Below, piece by piece: positions 31,678-42,968 of a stretch of DNA of 64,000 nt. The stretch comes from Promethearchaeia archaeon (lineage in GTDB: Archaea; Asgardarchaeota; Lokiarchaeia; Sigyniarchaeales; SOKP01), in assembly GCA_029856145.1 (NCBI GenBank), contig JAHQWK010000002.1, positions 96,001 through 160,000 of the forward strand, given 5' to 3'. The position numbers and the translations under genes are program-made. The notes under the pieces were generated by a model. That model saw nothing but the letters and a program-made list of their open reading frames with translations. It did no database searches and was not told the DNA's origin. How positions within the stretch are numbered: the stretch's first letter is position 1; every line of letters starts with the position of its first letter.

Positions 31678-34428
31678 TTGAAGATGGAAGAAGAAAAGCT
31701 AAAATATTACAAGCTTGCACGATACCCAGTTCATGAAGTTTTAATGGAAGGACAGATTGCTAGTGCTGGTGCTCATCAAGCAAAATTGCTTGAAAAGTTT
31801 AAAAAGAATAAAAAGTATATTAAGCATCAACATTTAGCCCTCAAATTCGTGTTTGGGTTTCTATTTATAGTCTTACCTATATTTCCTTTAATAATTTTTT
31901 TACAAAGTGCAGATTATATTAATCAGGGAACGCATACAATCAGTACGATTTTTTTTGTCTCTTCGCTCTCTCTAACGATTTTTTTTGGGATGACAATACT
32001 TTATATGTTAATGTTAGGTATGGTTTCAATTAGTTCTTTTATGTCAGGTAATGCTTTCAAGTGGTTGCAGACTCTTCCTTTTTCTAAAAAAAGCTTAAAA
32101 AAATTAGGTTTAATGACAATTTTTCGCACTTTAGATATCCCTTTAATTATACTCATTGTAGGATTTCCAATAATTACATTTATCGCTACTCAGAATATAA
32201 TTACATTTTTAATATCTATACCTGCTTCAATAGTGAGTGTTGTTTTCAGTTTTAGCATTCTTGTTATTGTCGGAGAAAAGATGAGTTATCTTTTTTCAGA
32301 ATCAAAAACAAAGTCAAAAAGAGCGACTCTAGTGAGAACTATAACAATGATAGGGTACTTCATTATGATGTTTACTACAGGACTTATTTTTAGTATGGGA
32401 ATAAATGCTGTTGAGGGGCTTTTTGATATTTTTAGTGCCACTGAGCCTCCTTTTGTTTTAATACTAATTTTAAGTCTAATTCCTTTCCTATTTGCCCCTG
32501 CATTTCTAGTGTCATTACCAACTTTGCAATTTCAAGTACATCCAATTTTAATCCTTACCACTATTACAGGATTTGCATTAAATATTATATTTACATGGGT
32601 TTTGTTTAAAACAGCACAAAAAGCTTTACACAGTGCGATTTCAACAGAAATCAAAACTGAAAAGATTGAAGAGAGAGAAATCAAATTTGAAGTATTGTCA
32701 ACATCGCCAATTAAAGCGTATATTCGTAAAGATCTAGTCTCATCAACAAGAGATATTCAATCTTTTATGTTTGTATTTTTCCCTCTATTTTATCCATTGA
32801 TATTGATTTTTTCAATGATAGGAATGTTCAATGAATTAACTTTTTCAACGGAAGTAATAGTGATAGTATGGTTTGTTCTACTTCTTTTATATGTAATTAT
32901 TCCAATAATGCTAGTAGTAGGTTTTTTTAATATTGAGGAATCAGGGAGCTCAACATCGGCGTCTTTACCGATAATTCCACGAGATCAAGCAAAGGCGAAA
33001 TTAATACTTATGTTGTCAATTCAAGGAGCCTCATTGATTATAACTTCGATAATTCTTACAATCTTAATAAATTCCTTTATGATAGTATTATTGCTGCTTG
33101 TATCCCTTCCAATTGCGTGGACGTTTCTAATACTTATGTTTTTAATGAAAATCAAATTATTTGGTCAAATGAAATATAAGTACGTAATTGAGGAAATTGA
33201 TAAGAAAAATAAACCCTTAAAGTGGGTTGCAATGATCTCATCTGAAATTGGATTATTTCTGACAATTTTGATAACTGGAGTTATTTTATTGTTTATGTAT
33301 GACATTGTTATATTATTAATAGTTTTAGGTGCAATAGGTCTCCTTGGATTAGCAATATTGATATTTGCTTTTATCAGGATGTTTCCAAGAATAGAGAGAA
33401 TGTCTTACTATAAAACTGGGGGATTTCTAAGAGAACATCCAAATATTACGACTCTCGTCCTTTTAATATTATATTTCATCTTTCTATATCTTTCAAATTT
33501 TGTAGTATACCTACTATTGCTGTTAAATCCTGGTCTACCATCTATATGGATTAATTTTATAATATTCTTTATAAGCGTCGGTTTTTTAATTCTATTATGG
33601 CAAATCATTGTTCCGTTTGGACTGAAGCTTCCTAATGGCAAACAAGATTTTGTTGAGTACTCTCGATCAATAAGGTTAAGTAATGTCAAGCCACTATGGA
33701 GAAATATTATGATTGGTTTAGGAGCAATAGTAATGTATGGTTTTTCAACAGTACTGATGGGTGAAATCCTTGGTGATTACATTTTTGTCCCAAATCTTTA
33801 TCTTCTAGGATTAAATTGGTTTTTATTTGTTTTAATGCTAATTCCTGGAATTTGGGAAGAGATATCATTTAGAGGAGTAATATTACAATTAGAATTAAAA
33901 AAATATAGTTATACAACAGTAATCCTACTTAATGGGATAATATTTGGCCTATTCCATTTTGTAAATGTTATTTTTGGACAAAATCTTCTATCGACTATTT
34001 ACCAAGTCATATTTGCTGTTTCAATGGGAATTTCTTTTACTTATATGGTCATTAAAACTAAGAGCTTGCTACCTTCCATAATTACTCATTATTTAATTAA
34101 TTCATTAGGGCAAATTTTTCTAACTACAATAATTACAGATGAAGTGAACCGTGCTTTATTCTTAATTTTCGCTGTTGGAGTTCTTCCTATGATTTTAACC
34201 CTTATAATAGTAAAACTACTTGTAAATGATGATCAGAAGCACCTAAAGAGAGTATTTTATGGATTATGGTTTATCGCAGTAGTATTATTATGGTTGCTAT
34301 TTATGATGTTTGATGGTCCAATAGACTTGATTTTATTTAATGGTCCACTCAGTCTTCTTATTATAACGATAATAACAATTATTGTAGGTCCTATTTTGAT
34401 TGAAATATTTATAAAAAAGGATATTTAA
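31678..34428 (+). CDS. ABC-type permease fused to a C-terminal CPBP/Abi (CAAX-type) intramembrane protease
   Basis: Polytopic N-terminal part; WEEISFRG, FGLFH, HYLIN motifs in the last third. Confidence 0.85.
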   Translation: MKMEEEKLKYYKLARYPVHEVLMEGQIASAGAHQAKLLEKFKKNKKYIKHQHLALKFVFGFLFIVLPIFPLIIFLQSADYINQGTHTISTIFFVSSLSLTIFFGMTILYMLMLGMVSISSFMSGNAFKWLQTLPFSKKSLKKLGLMTIFRTLDIPLIILIVGFPIITFIATQNIITFLISIPASIVSVVFSFSILVIVGEKMSYLFSESKTKSKRATLVRTITMIGYFIMMFTTGLIFSMGINAVEGLFDIFSATEPPFVLILILSLIPFLFAPAFLVSLPTLQFQVHPILILTTITGFALNIIFTWVLFKTAQKALHSAISTEIKTEKIEEREIKFEVLSTSPIKAYIRKDLVSSTRDIQSFMFVFFPLFYPLILIFSMIGMFNELTFSTEVIVIVWFVLLLLYVIIPIMLVVGFFNIEESGSSTSASLPIIPRDQAKAKLILMLSIQGASLIITSIILTILINSFMIVLLLLVSLPIAWTFLILMFLMKIKLFGQMKYKYVIEEIDKKNKPLKWVAMISSEIGLFLTILITGVILLFMYDIVILLIVLGAIGLLGLAILIFAFIRMFPRIERMSYYKTGGFLREHPNITTLVLLILYFIFLYLSNFVVYLLLLLNPGLPSIWINFIIFFISVGFLILLWQIIVPFGLKLPNGKQDFVEYSRSIRLSNVKPLWRNIMIGLGAIVMYGFSTVLMGEILGDYIFVPNLYLLGLNWFLFVLMLIPGIWEEISFRGVILQLELKKYSYTTVILLNGIIFGLFHFVNVIFGQNLLSTIYQVIFAVSMGISFTYMVIKTKSLLPSIITHYLINSLGQIFLTTIITDEVNRALFLIFAVGVLPMILTLIIVKLLVNDDQKHLKRVFYGLWFIAVVLLWLLFMMFDGPIDLILFNGPLSLLIITIITIIVGPILIEIFIKKDI

Positions 34429-34549
34429 AAAAATTAAATATTCTACTTTTTTTTATTATTTATCCTTATAAAAAAAGAATAAAAAAAGAATCCTAATTAG
34501 TTTTTGATTCATTTATTACATGTCCTATACATATTTTTAAGTAGAAAAG

Positions 34550-35416
34550 ATGGCAATCTATAAAATTGGAGGTTTTTTAAGAGAACATGTAAATACGGGA
34601 ATTTTAGTGTTATTGATTCTTTATACTATTTTTCTGTTTTTGCCTATTATTATAATAGATCTTTTAAGACCTCTACTCTTCAATTTACCGATAATATGGT
34701 TTTTATTTATAAGGTTCTTCATAGAAGTAGGATTTTTAATTCTATTATGGCAAATAATAGTTCCTTTGGGTTTAAAGCTTCCAAATGGTAAACAAACATT
34801 TAGGCAACATTCTTTTTCAATTGGTTTAACTAGAGTAAAACCTTTATGGAAAAACTTGATTATTGGAATAGGTAGTTTTATTATACTTGGATTTTCAGCT
34901 TTGTTAATCGGAGAGATATTTGGTAATTATATATTTATTCCAGAAATATTAATTGCTGATTATAATTGGATGATATTATTTGTTTTTATGCTCATACCAG
35001 GTATTTGGGAAGAAATTGCTTTTAGAGGAGTTATATTGAATTTACAAGTGCGAAAATATAGTAAAACTACAGTTATATTACTTAATGGGATATTGTTTGG
35101 TCTATTTCACTTCATTAATATTCTATTTGGACAATCATTTGGCCAAACCCTAATACAAGTGATATCAGGTTCTTGTATAGGGATCTCATTTGCGTATATG
35201 TATATTAAGACAAATAGTTTATTACCAAGTATTATACTGCATTACTTGATCGATGCAGTGGGATCAATATTCCAAACATTCGTTTTTCCAAACAGTGTAA
35301 ATTTAGTTTTATTTAAAATCCTCGGATTTGGAGTTTTTCCCATGATATTAATAGTCTTCTTCGTATTTCTCCTTACCAGAGAAAAAGTTGATTTAATTTC
35401 AAGAAAAGTTAAATAA
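34550..35416 (+). CDS. CPBP/Abi intramembrane glutamic protease, paralog of the fused domain upstream
   Basis: WEEIAFRG, FGLFH, HYLID. Confidence 0.9.
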   Translation: MAIYKIGGFLREHVNTGILVLLILYTIFLFLPIIIIDLLRPLLFNLPIIWFLFIRFFIEVGFLILLWQIIVPLGLKLPNGKQTFRQHSFSIGLTRVKPLWKNLIIGIGSFIILGFSALLIGEIFGNYIFIPEILIADYNWMILFVFMLIPGIWEEIAFRGVILNLQVRKYSKTTVILLNGILFGLFHFINILFGQSFGQTLIQVISGSCIGISFAYMYIKTNSLLPSIILHYLIDAVGSIFQTFVFPNSVNLVLFKILGFGVFPMILIVFFVFLLTREKVDLISRKVK

Positions 35417-35419
35417 GTA

Positions 35420-36727
35420 CTAATTTTTCTTTTTTTTGTCATTTATTATATACCCAACGCATATCTTTAGAGTATTTTCTAATACTCCTTTTTCAATTTT
35501 ATCTGGAGTATCTGTCTCTTGATGGTAAAAGTGGACCATCTTTAATAAACTCAAACCTGTAATAGTACTGGCTTTTATATTTGATTTTGAAAAAGCAGCA
35601 GCATCAGTACCACCCCCCATTAAACCTACAATCTTTTCAAGAAAACTTCCTCCTCCTAAGCTAGCAATCTTTGCTTTAACACCAACTAACTTAGCGGCCT
35701 TAATGAGTTTTTGAACTACTTCTTCACTATGGATAGTTCTAGTTGTGGGTTCTTTATCTGAAAAGGAAATGTTATCTTTACTTTGGATTGCATCTAAATT
35801 TATACATTCTGTATCATATTTTTGTAATTCTTCTAAGTGAGCTTCTACATAACGGTAAGCACCCCTTAAAAAAGCTTCTTCAGATCCAAATGAAATTATT
35901 CTTATTTCTGTGTTTTCAAGTATTATTTCTTTATAATTTTTCAGATATCTTCCAATACCTAATATTACTGCGATTGCACTTAAGTTGTCAACTGCACCAG
36001 GAACCTTGTTTGCTCTTTTGCCTGGAGTTACGAAGAAAAATAAGGTTAATAGCGGTATTGCTCCAATTATTAATAACCAAATTACTAAATTAAAAAAAAT
36101 TTGATATATCAAAGTAAGATCTAGTAAGAATGTGAATATGGAAAGAATTATGAATAATACAGATGCAAAAAACCAAAAAAACAGAATTCCAAGACCCAAA
36201 AAAATAATTACTGCATAACCATACTTTAGATATCTTAGAAGATTAAATTGTAAAGCGCTATCATGATGTCCAGAAAAAATTATGATTTTTTTAATTTCAC
36301 CTTTAGGTTTTATCTTACCTATAACATTTTGAGAGTCCTTTTTCTTAAAAATTGGATCAATAAATTCTTTATAACAAAAAAATTCCTCCCAAGCGATTAA
36401 TAATGCTAAAAATATTAATAATGTTGATAAGATTGATAAAATGTATACCCAATATGAATCTATAAATAATTGGATTAAAAGAAATAAGCTGAATGATAGC
36501 AAACCCATTAATAGGTCTATTCTTATCCAACCTAATGCAGCTCTTGGATGACAAGTAAAAGGTTCAATAGTTACCTCATCACAAGTCTCTTCAAGTTCTT
36601 CTTTTATAATTTCAGCACCTTTAGCCTCTTGAGGACTACATGGCATTCGAGGACCACATTTATCAATTATCTGTTGTATGATATCATACATATAATCAGA
36701 ATCTTCTTTTGAAATTTCAATTTCTAT
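35420..36727 (-). CDS. M28-family peptidase with TM insertions; probable ATA start
   Basis: SGHHDS, GAVDN, GSEE, LD, YHQETD; frame open 12 codons upstream of ATG 36691 to an ATA behind AAGGTGA. Confidence 0.88.
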   Translation of the reverse strand: MEIEISKEDSDYMYDIIQQIIDKCGPRMPCSPQEAKGAEIIKEELEETCDEVTIEPFTCHPRAALGWIRIDLLMGLLSFSLFLLIQLFIDSYWVYILSILSTLLIFLALLIAWEEFFCYKEFIDPIFKKKDSQNVIGKIKPKGEIKKIIIFSGHHDSALQFNLLRYLKYGYAVIIFLGLGILFFWFFASVLFIILSIFTFLLDLTLIYQIFFNLVIWLLIIGAIPLLTLFFFVTPGKRANKVPGAVDNLSAIAVILGIGRYLKNYKEIILENTEIRIISFGSEEAFLRGAYRYVEAHLEELQKYDTECINLDAIQSKDNISFSDKEPTTRTIHSEEVVQKLIKAAKLVGVKAKIASLGGGSFLEKIVGLMGGGTDAAAFSKSNIKASTITGLSLLKMVHFYHQETDTPDKIEKGVLENTLKICVGYIINDKKKKN

Positions 36728-36799
36728 TTAACTCACCTTAAGTATAAATTAAATGATAAAAATTTTAAAATCTTAAAAACCTAATCATGAATTAATGAA

Positions 36800-37519
36800 A
36801 TGAAGATGTTGGAAGAACAATATGTTTGCTTGAAATGTGGATATAATGTAATAAATTTTTATCCAGAACTCTGTCCATTTTGCGGAGCACCTAATGATAA
36901 TTTTATTACGGCAGAAGAAGGTACTCGAAAATATAGAATTGTAAGTTCTAAAGTCAATGATAAAATAATTCGTTTGATATCTTATCCAAGCTTAGGTCTT
37001 AAACATTCAGCATATTGTTTAAAAGTTGAAGGTAAAAATATATGGATCGATTGCCCTTCTATTTTTAGTAAAGATTTAGAACCAATGGATAAAATCATTT
37101 TTACCCACAATCATTTCTTGGGAGCGTCTAATTTATATAGAAGTTACTATACAGCATTTATTTGGATCCATAAGAAAGATTCGGAACATCCACTTACTGC
37201 TCATCATCCATTTGATAAAAAATTTGAACAAGAATTTAAAATTATGGGGATTCAAGCTTTTCATATTGATGGCCATACACCAGGATTTACAATTTATATT
37301 TTTGAAAAAACTCTTTTTATTTGTGATTATGTGCTATTAAGAAATCAGAAATTTATATTAAATCCTTATGGTCCATCTAAACCAACTATGGAAGGCGCAA
37401 AAGAATTAAATAATTTTATTAAAAATAAGGATATAAATGAAGTTTGTGGATTTAACTATGTAATGGATTATCAAAAATGGGAAACAAGATTTCTTAAGCT
37501 TATTTCTTACGGATATTAA
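36800..37519 (+). CDS. Rubredoxin-like domain plus degenerate metallo-beta-lactamase fold
   Basis: CLKCGY...CPFCGA; FTHNHF, GHTPG. Confidence 0.8.
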   Translation: MKMLEEQYVCLKCGYNVINFYPELCPFCGAPNDNFITAEEGTRKYRIVSSKVNDKIIRLISYPSLGLKHSAYCLKVEGKNIWIDCPSIFSKDLEPMDKIIFTHNHFLGASNLYRSYYTAFIWIHKKDSEHPLTAHHPFDKKFEQEFKIMGIQAFHIDGHTPGFTIYIFEKTLFICDYVLLRNQKFILNPYGPSKPTMEGAKELNNFIKNKDINEVCGFNYVMDYQKWETRFLKLISYGY

Positions 37520-37728
37520 TATTCATTCTAAAGTGTTATATATTTGATTTTTGATTAAAAATTGTTGAAAAAATCAAGAATAGAGTTGGAGAATTCTTAA
37601 GCGTTATTTAATTCTTTTACGTAGACTTTACTTTTTTATATTTTTTCGAAAAAGTAAAATAAAGATCATTAATTATTTTAATAAACTAATCTTAAATTAT
37701 ATTCAAATTATTAAAAAGGGAAGAAAAA

Positions 37729-38523
37729 ATGGTTGTAGTAGGTGATTGGGGCTTTCAAAACAGATTAAATAGAATCATCAAGCCAAAATCTGGACGTTGC
37801 GTTATGTTGGCTATTGATCACGGTTATTTTGGAAATATACCAGGTCAATTAAAATGCTTTACAGATATGAAACCTTTATTTGAATACGCTGATGCATTAA
37901 TGCTTACACGAGGAATGCTGAGGAACTGTGTTCCTGCGGAACTTGATGTGCCCATAGTTTTGAGAGTATCAGCTGGAGCTTCAATGTTAAAGGAGCTTTC
38001 TAATGAAGATATTAATGTAGCTGTGGATGATGCATTGAGACTAAATGTTTCTGCCATTACTTGCTCGATTTTTGTTGGCGGAGAATACGAGAAAAATTCT
38101 TTAATGAATTTGTCCAAGTTAGTCAACTGGGGGCAACAATATGGCATTCCTACTTTAGCTGTTACTGCAGTAGGAAGAGAGATGGTAAGAGATGCACGAT
38201 ATTTGGGGATGGCAAGTAGAATGGCTGCGGAAATGGGCTCTACTTTTGTAAAGACTTATTATTGTGAAAATTTTGAGGAAGTCACAAGTATTTGCCCAGC
38301 ACCAGTAGTAATTGCAGGGGGAAAGAAAATTGAAGAAAGAGATGCATTACAGATGTCAAGGAATGCAATTGATAAAGGAGCTGTCGGTGTTGATATGGGA
38401 AGGAACATCTTTCAAAGTGATTCTCCCCTTGGAATGATTAAAGCAGTTCGAGCTATTGTTCATGATAATATTTCAGTAGATGAAGCCTATGAAATTTATA
38501 AACAAGGCCCTAAAGGCTTGTAA
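37729..38523 (+). CDS. lsrF: LsrF/DhnA-type class I aldolase/thiolase
   Basis: MLAIDHGY, VKTYY, PVVIAGGKK, GVDMGRNIFQS. Confidence 0.85.
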   Translation: MVVVGDWGFQNRLNRIIKPKSGRCVMLAIDHGYFGNIPGQLKCFTDMKPLFEYADALMLTRGMLRNCVPAELDVPIVLRVSAGASMLKELSNEDINVAVDDALRLNVSAITCSIFVGGEYEKNSLMNLSKLVNWGQQYGIPTLAVTAVGREMVRDARYLGMASRMAAEMGSTFVKTYYCENFEEVTSICPAPVVIAGGKKIEERDALQMSRNAIDKGAVGVDMGRNIFQSDSPLGMIKAVRAIVHDNISVDEAYEIYKQGPKGL

Positions 38524-38668
38524 TTATTTTTCTATATACTTTTTTTTATATTAGAACTTAGAGATTGTTAAAGGTCAGTAGGAACTAATTTTCTATTAAA
38601 GTCAACTTATTAAAGATTCATTTATTATCTAATGCAATTGGGTTAATTTATCAACATATAATACTTCG

Positions 38669-39628
38669 ATGTCTCTTCCAAAAATAGATAACCTTGAACT
38701 CAGGAAAGTAACAGAAGATATTTTGCTTGTTCATCAAATAAAACCCCCATATTACTTTTCTTGTTGCGATGGGCTTATTATTCTTCCCAAAAAAGGGAGA
38801 AATTCAAAAACAATTATCTTAGACTTAAACATAGAACCCGACTTAATAGATCAAATTGATTATCTTTATGGTCCAATATCGAACTATGTCTGTACACATG
38901 CACATATGGATCATATGGCTCATATACATAAATGGGAATCTTTAGGTGCTGTAATCCATGCTCCGATTCCAGAACACACATATTTATTGGATCTTTATAA
39001 TTTTTATGAAGGGTTTGGATTCAATAAAGCCATGGATTTTTCAGTTGTAAAGAAGTTTGGTGAATTAAATGGATATCAGAAATGTGATAATATTAGTCCT
39101 TTTAATCCAGGTGATATATTAGAGTTTGAAAATTCTATTATTGAAACGATTCCTTTTCTTGGGCACTCTAAAGCACATATTGGTCTTTTCCTCCCAAAAG
39201 AGAGAATTATTCATATTAGTTGCTTAGGTTTTGATCAACGTAAACCAGGACAAGATGGATTTGGTCCATGGTATGGTTTTGATGAGTGTTCTATAGATCA
39301 ATATTTAAAGGATATCGATCTTGCTGAATCTATTTTTCTTGAAAAAACTGATTTTTTAACTTCAAGCCATTCTTATATCGTAAAAAGTCCTGATATAATT
39401 CCATTTACGTATATACGAGAGAAAATAGCGAAAAACCAAACTATGGTGGATCAAGCAATAATGTCGCTTAATCCATCTAATAAACCTGAAATTACTATTC
39501 ATGATCTCCTTGAATTAGATATATTCTTCCCAAAAAGCAAAATGAAAGGATTTATGTTAGAAATCTATAATTATTGGGAATCTGGAATAATAAGTAAACA
39601 TATAGAAAGGAGTGAATATCTAAAATAA
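38669..39628 (+). CDS. Metallo-beta-lactamase-fold hydrolase
   Basis: THAHMDH, GHS, SSH. Confidence 0.85.
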   Translation: MSLPKIDNLELRKVTEDILLVHQIKPPYYFSCCDGLIILPKKGRNSKTIILDLNIEPDLIDQIDYLYGPISNYVCTHAHMDHMAHIHKWESLGAVIHAPIPEHTYLLDLYNFYEGFGFNKAMDFSVVKKFGELNGYQKCDNISPFNPGDILEFENSIIETIPFLGHSKAHIGLFLPKERIIHISCLGFDQRKPGQDGFGPWYGFDECSIDQYLKDIDLAESIFLEKTDFLTSSHSYIVKSPDIIPFTYIREKIAKNQTMVDQAIMSLNPSNKPEITIHDLLELDIFFPKSKMKGFMLEIYNYWESGIISKHIERSEYLK

Positions 39629-39643
39629 ATTACAAACTCTTTG

Positions 39644-40693
39644 TTATTCTTTGTCTAGTTCCAAAATTACTTTAATAGATTCGCCAGCATCACATACAAC
39701 TTTAAAAGCTTCTTCAGCTTTACTAAGTGGGAATCTGTGAGTGATTAACTCTGTTACATTTATTCGCTTTGAAAGGATCCAATTATATGCTTCATCGAGA
39801 TCCTCCGGAGCAGCGCCATAAGAAGTCATAATAGTAATTTCATTTCTCCAATATTTATTTATAGGGACATTAAGGAAAATCCATGGCTCTGGAACCGCAA
39901 AAAAAATAATTTTACTTCCGGGAGATGTACATTCTAAAGCTTGATTTGCTGCTGATACAGCTCCAGTACATACTATAACAACATCAGCTAATCTATAGTT
40001 GTTGATCTTTTTTATTTCCTCTGGTAAATCTTTACTCGCGTGAAAAATAAAATCAGCTCCCAACTCTTTTGCTTTTTGTAAGCGAAATTCATTGATATCT
40101 GTTGCAATAACCTTTTTTGCCCCCCTTAGTTTTGCTAATTTGATATGTAATAATCCAGATGCACCGCATCCTAAAATTAAGACAGTTAATCCTTTTTTAA
40201 TATTTGCTAAACGTTGTGCACGACACACACACCCAAGGGGTTCGATGAAAACCGCTTCTTCATAAGAGACATTTTTATCTAAAACATATACTCCTTTTTT
40301 TTCAATATTGATTTTTGGGACTCTCACATATTCAGCAAAACCTCCAGGATCAAAATTTGTATTATGAAGTAGATTACAAGCAGTTTGATGCCCTTGCTTA
40401 CAATAATGACACTCAAAACAAGGTACATGGTGCGATACAAATACACGATCTCCTATTCTAAGATGTTTTATAGTATCACTTTTCTCTACTATTTCTCCGG
40501 CAATCTCATGGCCTAAAATTAAAGAATCAACGCCCAACTTTTTCATCTTAGCTTTTCTATAATATTCTAAAATATCTGAGCCACAGATGCCAGACTTTTT
40601 TACCTTAACCAAGAACTCTCCTTCACCAATTATGGGTTTAAGCATTTCATCAGTTCTTATATCATCATTACTATAATATCTAACAACTCTCAT
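39644..40693 (-). CDS. Zn-dependent alcohol/polyol dehydrogenase (MDR family)
   Basis: GICGSD, GHE, CxxCxxC...C structural Zn site, GCGASG. Confidence 0.93.
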   Translation of the reverse strand: MRVVRYYSNDDIRTDEMLKPIIGEGEFLVKVKKSGICGSDILEYYRKAKMKKLGVDSLILGHEIAGEIVEKSDTIKHLRIGDRVFVSHHVPCFECHYCKQGHQTACNLLHNTNFDPGGFAEYVRVPKINIEKKGVYVLDKNVSYEEAVFIEPLGCVCRAQRLANIKKGLTVLILGCGASGLLHIKLAKLRGAKKVIATDINEFRLQKAKELGADFIFHASKDLPEEIKKINNYRLADVVIVCTGAVSAANQALECTSPGSKIIFFAVPEPWIFLNVPINKYWRNEITIMTSYGAAPEDLDEAYNWILSKRINVTELITHRFPLSKAEEAFKVVCDAGESIKVILELDKE

Positions 40694-40857
40694 TTTTCAA
40701 ATACTCAAAATGAATAATTAAAATATATTTTATGAGTGATTATTTGTAACTTTTAAATTAAATCTATTTTATAGATTTATGTATTAAATGAAGTGAAAAG
40801 CAAATAACAATGCTTAAAGATTAAAGAGAAAAAAGAAAAATAATAAAATTAAATTAA

Positions 40858-41499
40858 TTATTTCGCTTTTCTCCGTCGTAATAGTTTAAAGGCAATATCA
40901 GTTCCCATTCCTCGCTTATATGCTAATTCAATCCAGAGCATTGCCAGAGGTTCAATAAGTCTAGCATTTGTGAGTGGTCCAGCATCGATAACTTCAAAAC
41001 CAAGATCGAGTCCTAATTGTTTCACTTTTGATTTTGCGTCTAAACTATCCCCACAAATAAATAAACTTGCTTGTTGGGAACCAAATTGTAATTTAGTTAA
41101 ACTTTCTACTCCAATAGTATGAACTGCTTTTATTACTTTAGCCCCTACTGCCCATTTTGCGACTTTTTCTGCTGCAGATGGAGTAACTCCTATCAAAGTT
41201 CCTCCCAAATGGGGTGCAGCAGTAGTAGTAGAATCTACAATAATCTTACCATCTAAATCTCCTGCTGCTTTAATTGATTCTTTTGCTCCTGACCATGGAA
41301 CTGCAAGAATGATAATATCACCAAATTTTGCGGCTTCTTCATATGATCCACCACTTGCATTAGATCCGATTGAAATAGCAAACTTTTTAGCTTTCTGAGG
41401 ATCCCGAGAGCCAAACATAATCTGATAACCCTTTTCAGCCCAAATTTTACCTAGAGTACTCCCTAATCTTCCTGTTCCCCCAATTATGCCAATTTTCAT
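40858..41499 (-). CDS. NADPH-dependent F420 reductase-like oxidoreductase
   Basis: IGGTGRLG, GSRDP, LAVPW, ICGD, DAGPL. Confidence 0.88.
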   Translation of the reverse strand: MKIGIIGGTGRLGSTLGKIWAEKGYQIMFGSRDPQKAKKFAISIGSNASGGSYEEAAKFGDIIILAVPWSGAKESIKAAGDLDGKIIVDSTTTAAPHLGGTLIGVTPSAAEKVAKWAVGAKVIKAVHTIGVESLTKLQFGSQQASLFICGDSLDAKSKVKQLGLDLGFEVIDAGPLTNARLIEPLAMLWIELAYKRGMGTDIAFKLLRRRKAK

Positions 41500-41712
41500 A
41501 AAAATTCACGCCACATGAAATATTTAAAAAATTAGTAAATGAATTTTATATTTAACTACAGTATTTGTTTCACTGAATAAAATATATCTTTAGATATTTA
41601 AATCTTAGTTTGAGGTTTTATTTGCAAATAATCTTTGCCAATTAAATAATTTAAAAAGTAAGCACTCAATTCTGGAAAATGTAGAAAATAAAATTAATAA
41701 AAAAAAGATATA

Positions 41713-41916
41713 TTAGTTGTTTTTGTTAGATTTGCTTCTGATGAGCATTTTAAAGCTTTCTTCATCAAGATCTTTGAACATTTTTAATTCTTTTGTTAAA
41801 AATTCACGCAAGGCATTTCTTATCGCCTCACTTCGAGAAGGATAAACACCCATATCATTTAAAATTTGAATTGCTTGTAAGTATTTCTCTGGTAAGTTTA
41901 TTGTAATAATCTTCAT
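41713..41916 (-). CDS. Ribbon-helix-helix (CopG-type) regulator
   Basis: MKIITINLP...YPSRSEAIRNALREFL. Confidence 0.9.
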   Translation of the reverse strand: MKIITINLPEKYLQAIQILNDMGVYPSRSEAIRNALREFLTKELKMFKDLDEESFKMLIRSKSNKNN

Positions 41917-41930
41917 TTTACACAACCCTT

Positions 41931-41947
41931 TTTACAAAAAATGTAAA
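41931..41947. promoter_or_regulatory. Palindrome TTTACA-N5-TGTAAA upstream of the RHH gene, possible operator
   Basis: Perfect 6-bp inverted repeat about 15 bp from the start codon; AT-rich, so could be chance. Confidence 0.3.
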
Positions 41948-42141
41948 TTTTTTGTGATTACTCAATTTATACTTTATATATTTAGTCGGATGGTTTATAA
42001 ATGGATTATATTAATCCTTTAATTGTATTAATCGCTTAATCGCTAACGAATATGCTTTTATCAAACATCTATTAAATGCGTAATAGTATTAACGCCCTAA
42101 TATGCATCTTTAAAAATGAAATTGAAAAAGAAAATGAGTAA

Positions 42142-42924
42142 TTATTCTGGTTTTGAGAATGATTTCACATGCAGAATTAATGAAAATGCGGATGTATACA
42201 ATTCTGCATGCCCTACTTCTTTAATATCCTTCAAATAATTTATTGTATAATCTTCTACCCGTCTTAGATACGTTTTATCTCTTGCTTCATGATCTTGATC
42301 AAAAAATACATCAATTTTTAAAACTTTTTGATCGAAGCGACTAGGCATCTGAGGCATCATATTAAATGCAAAGACTAAATCTGGTTCTGATTCATTAGTA
42401 GAATCTACAACAAAGAGTACGTTTGGTTCTGCGACTGCTAGGAAACTTTCTAATGAGTGAAATATATCATCCACTTTAATAGTTAAATTTAAATTTCCAT
42501 CGATGTCAAAAGCACTACAATCACTAATTTTAGGTAGAAGAAATTTTTCTTTACCTCGAAAAGCAAGACTCATTTCATTGGGATTTAGGAAATTTTTAAT
42601 AATTGGATCATCTTTTTCTAGGGTAAATTTATCCGTAATAGCCTCCTGTTTCACATAAATAATTAGAGATCCTGCTGAGATTAAATTAATTTTCTGATAA
42701 TATATATTGAAGATAGGATTGTAGGGTAAATTTATAACTTCTTTATTGCCACCTAACCCAATTTGAGCTAAAATGTTAGTTGGAACCTGACTAGTCAAGG
42801 TAAACAATAAGAAAGATCTAAAATCTTTCAATTCAATATAATTAGAAAAATTTTCAAAAATGTTTTTTATTTTATTTATTTTTTGCGTTAATTCATTAGA
42901 CATTTTTATTACTTTTAAGGACAC
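42142..42924 (-). CDS. Hypothetical protein
   Basis: 260-aa ORF, co-oriented with the DtxR-family gene. Confidence 0.75.
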   Translation of the reverse strand: MSLKVIKMSNELTQKINKIKNIFENFSNYIELKDFRSFLLFTLTSQVPTNILAQIGLGGNKEVINLPYNPIFNIYYQKINLISAGSLIIYVKQEAITDKFTLEKDDPIIKNFLNPNEMSLAFRGKEKFLLPKISDCSAFDIDGNLNLTIKVDDIFHSLESFLAVAEPNVLFVVDSTNESEPDLVFAFNMMPQMPSRFDQKVLKIDVFFDQDHEARDKTYLRRVEDYTINYLKDIKEVGHAELYTSAFSLILHVKSFSKPE

Positions 42925-42968
42925 AATTTAGGTTAGTTGTATCATGGAATTAAAGATAATAATTAAAT

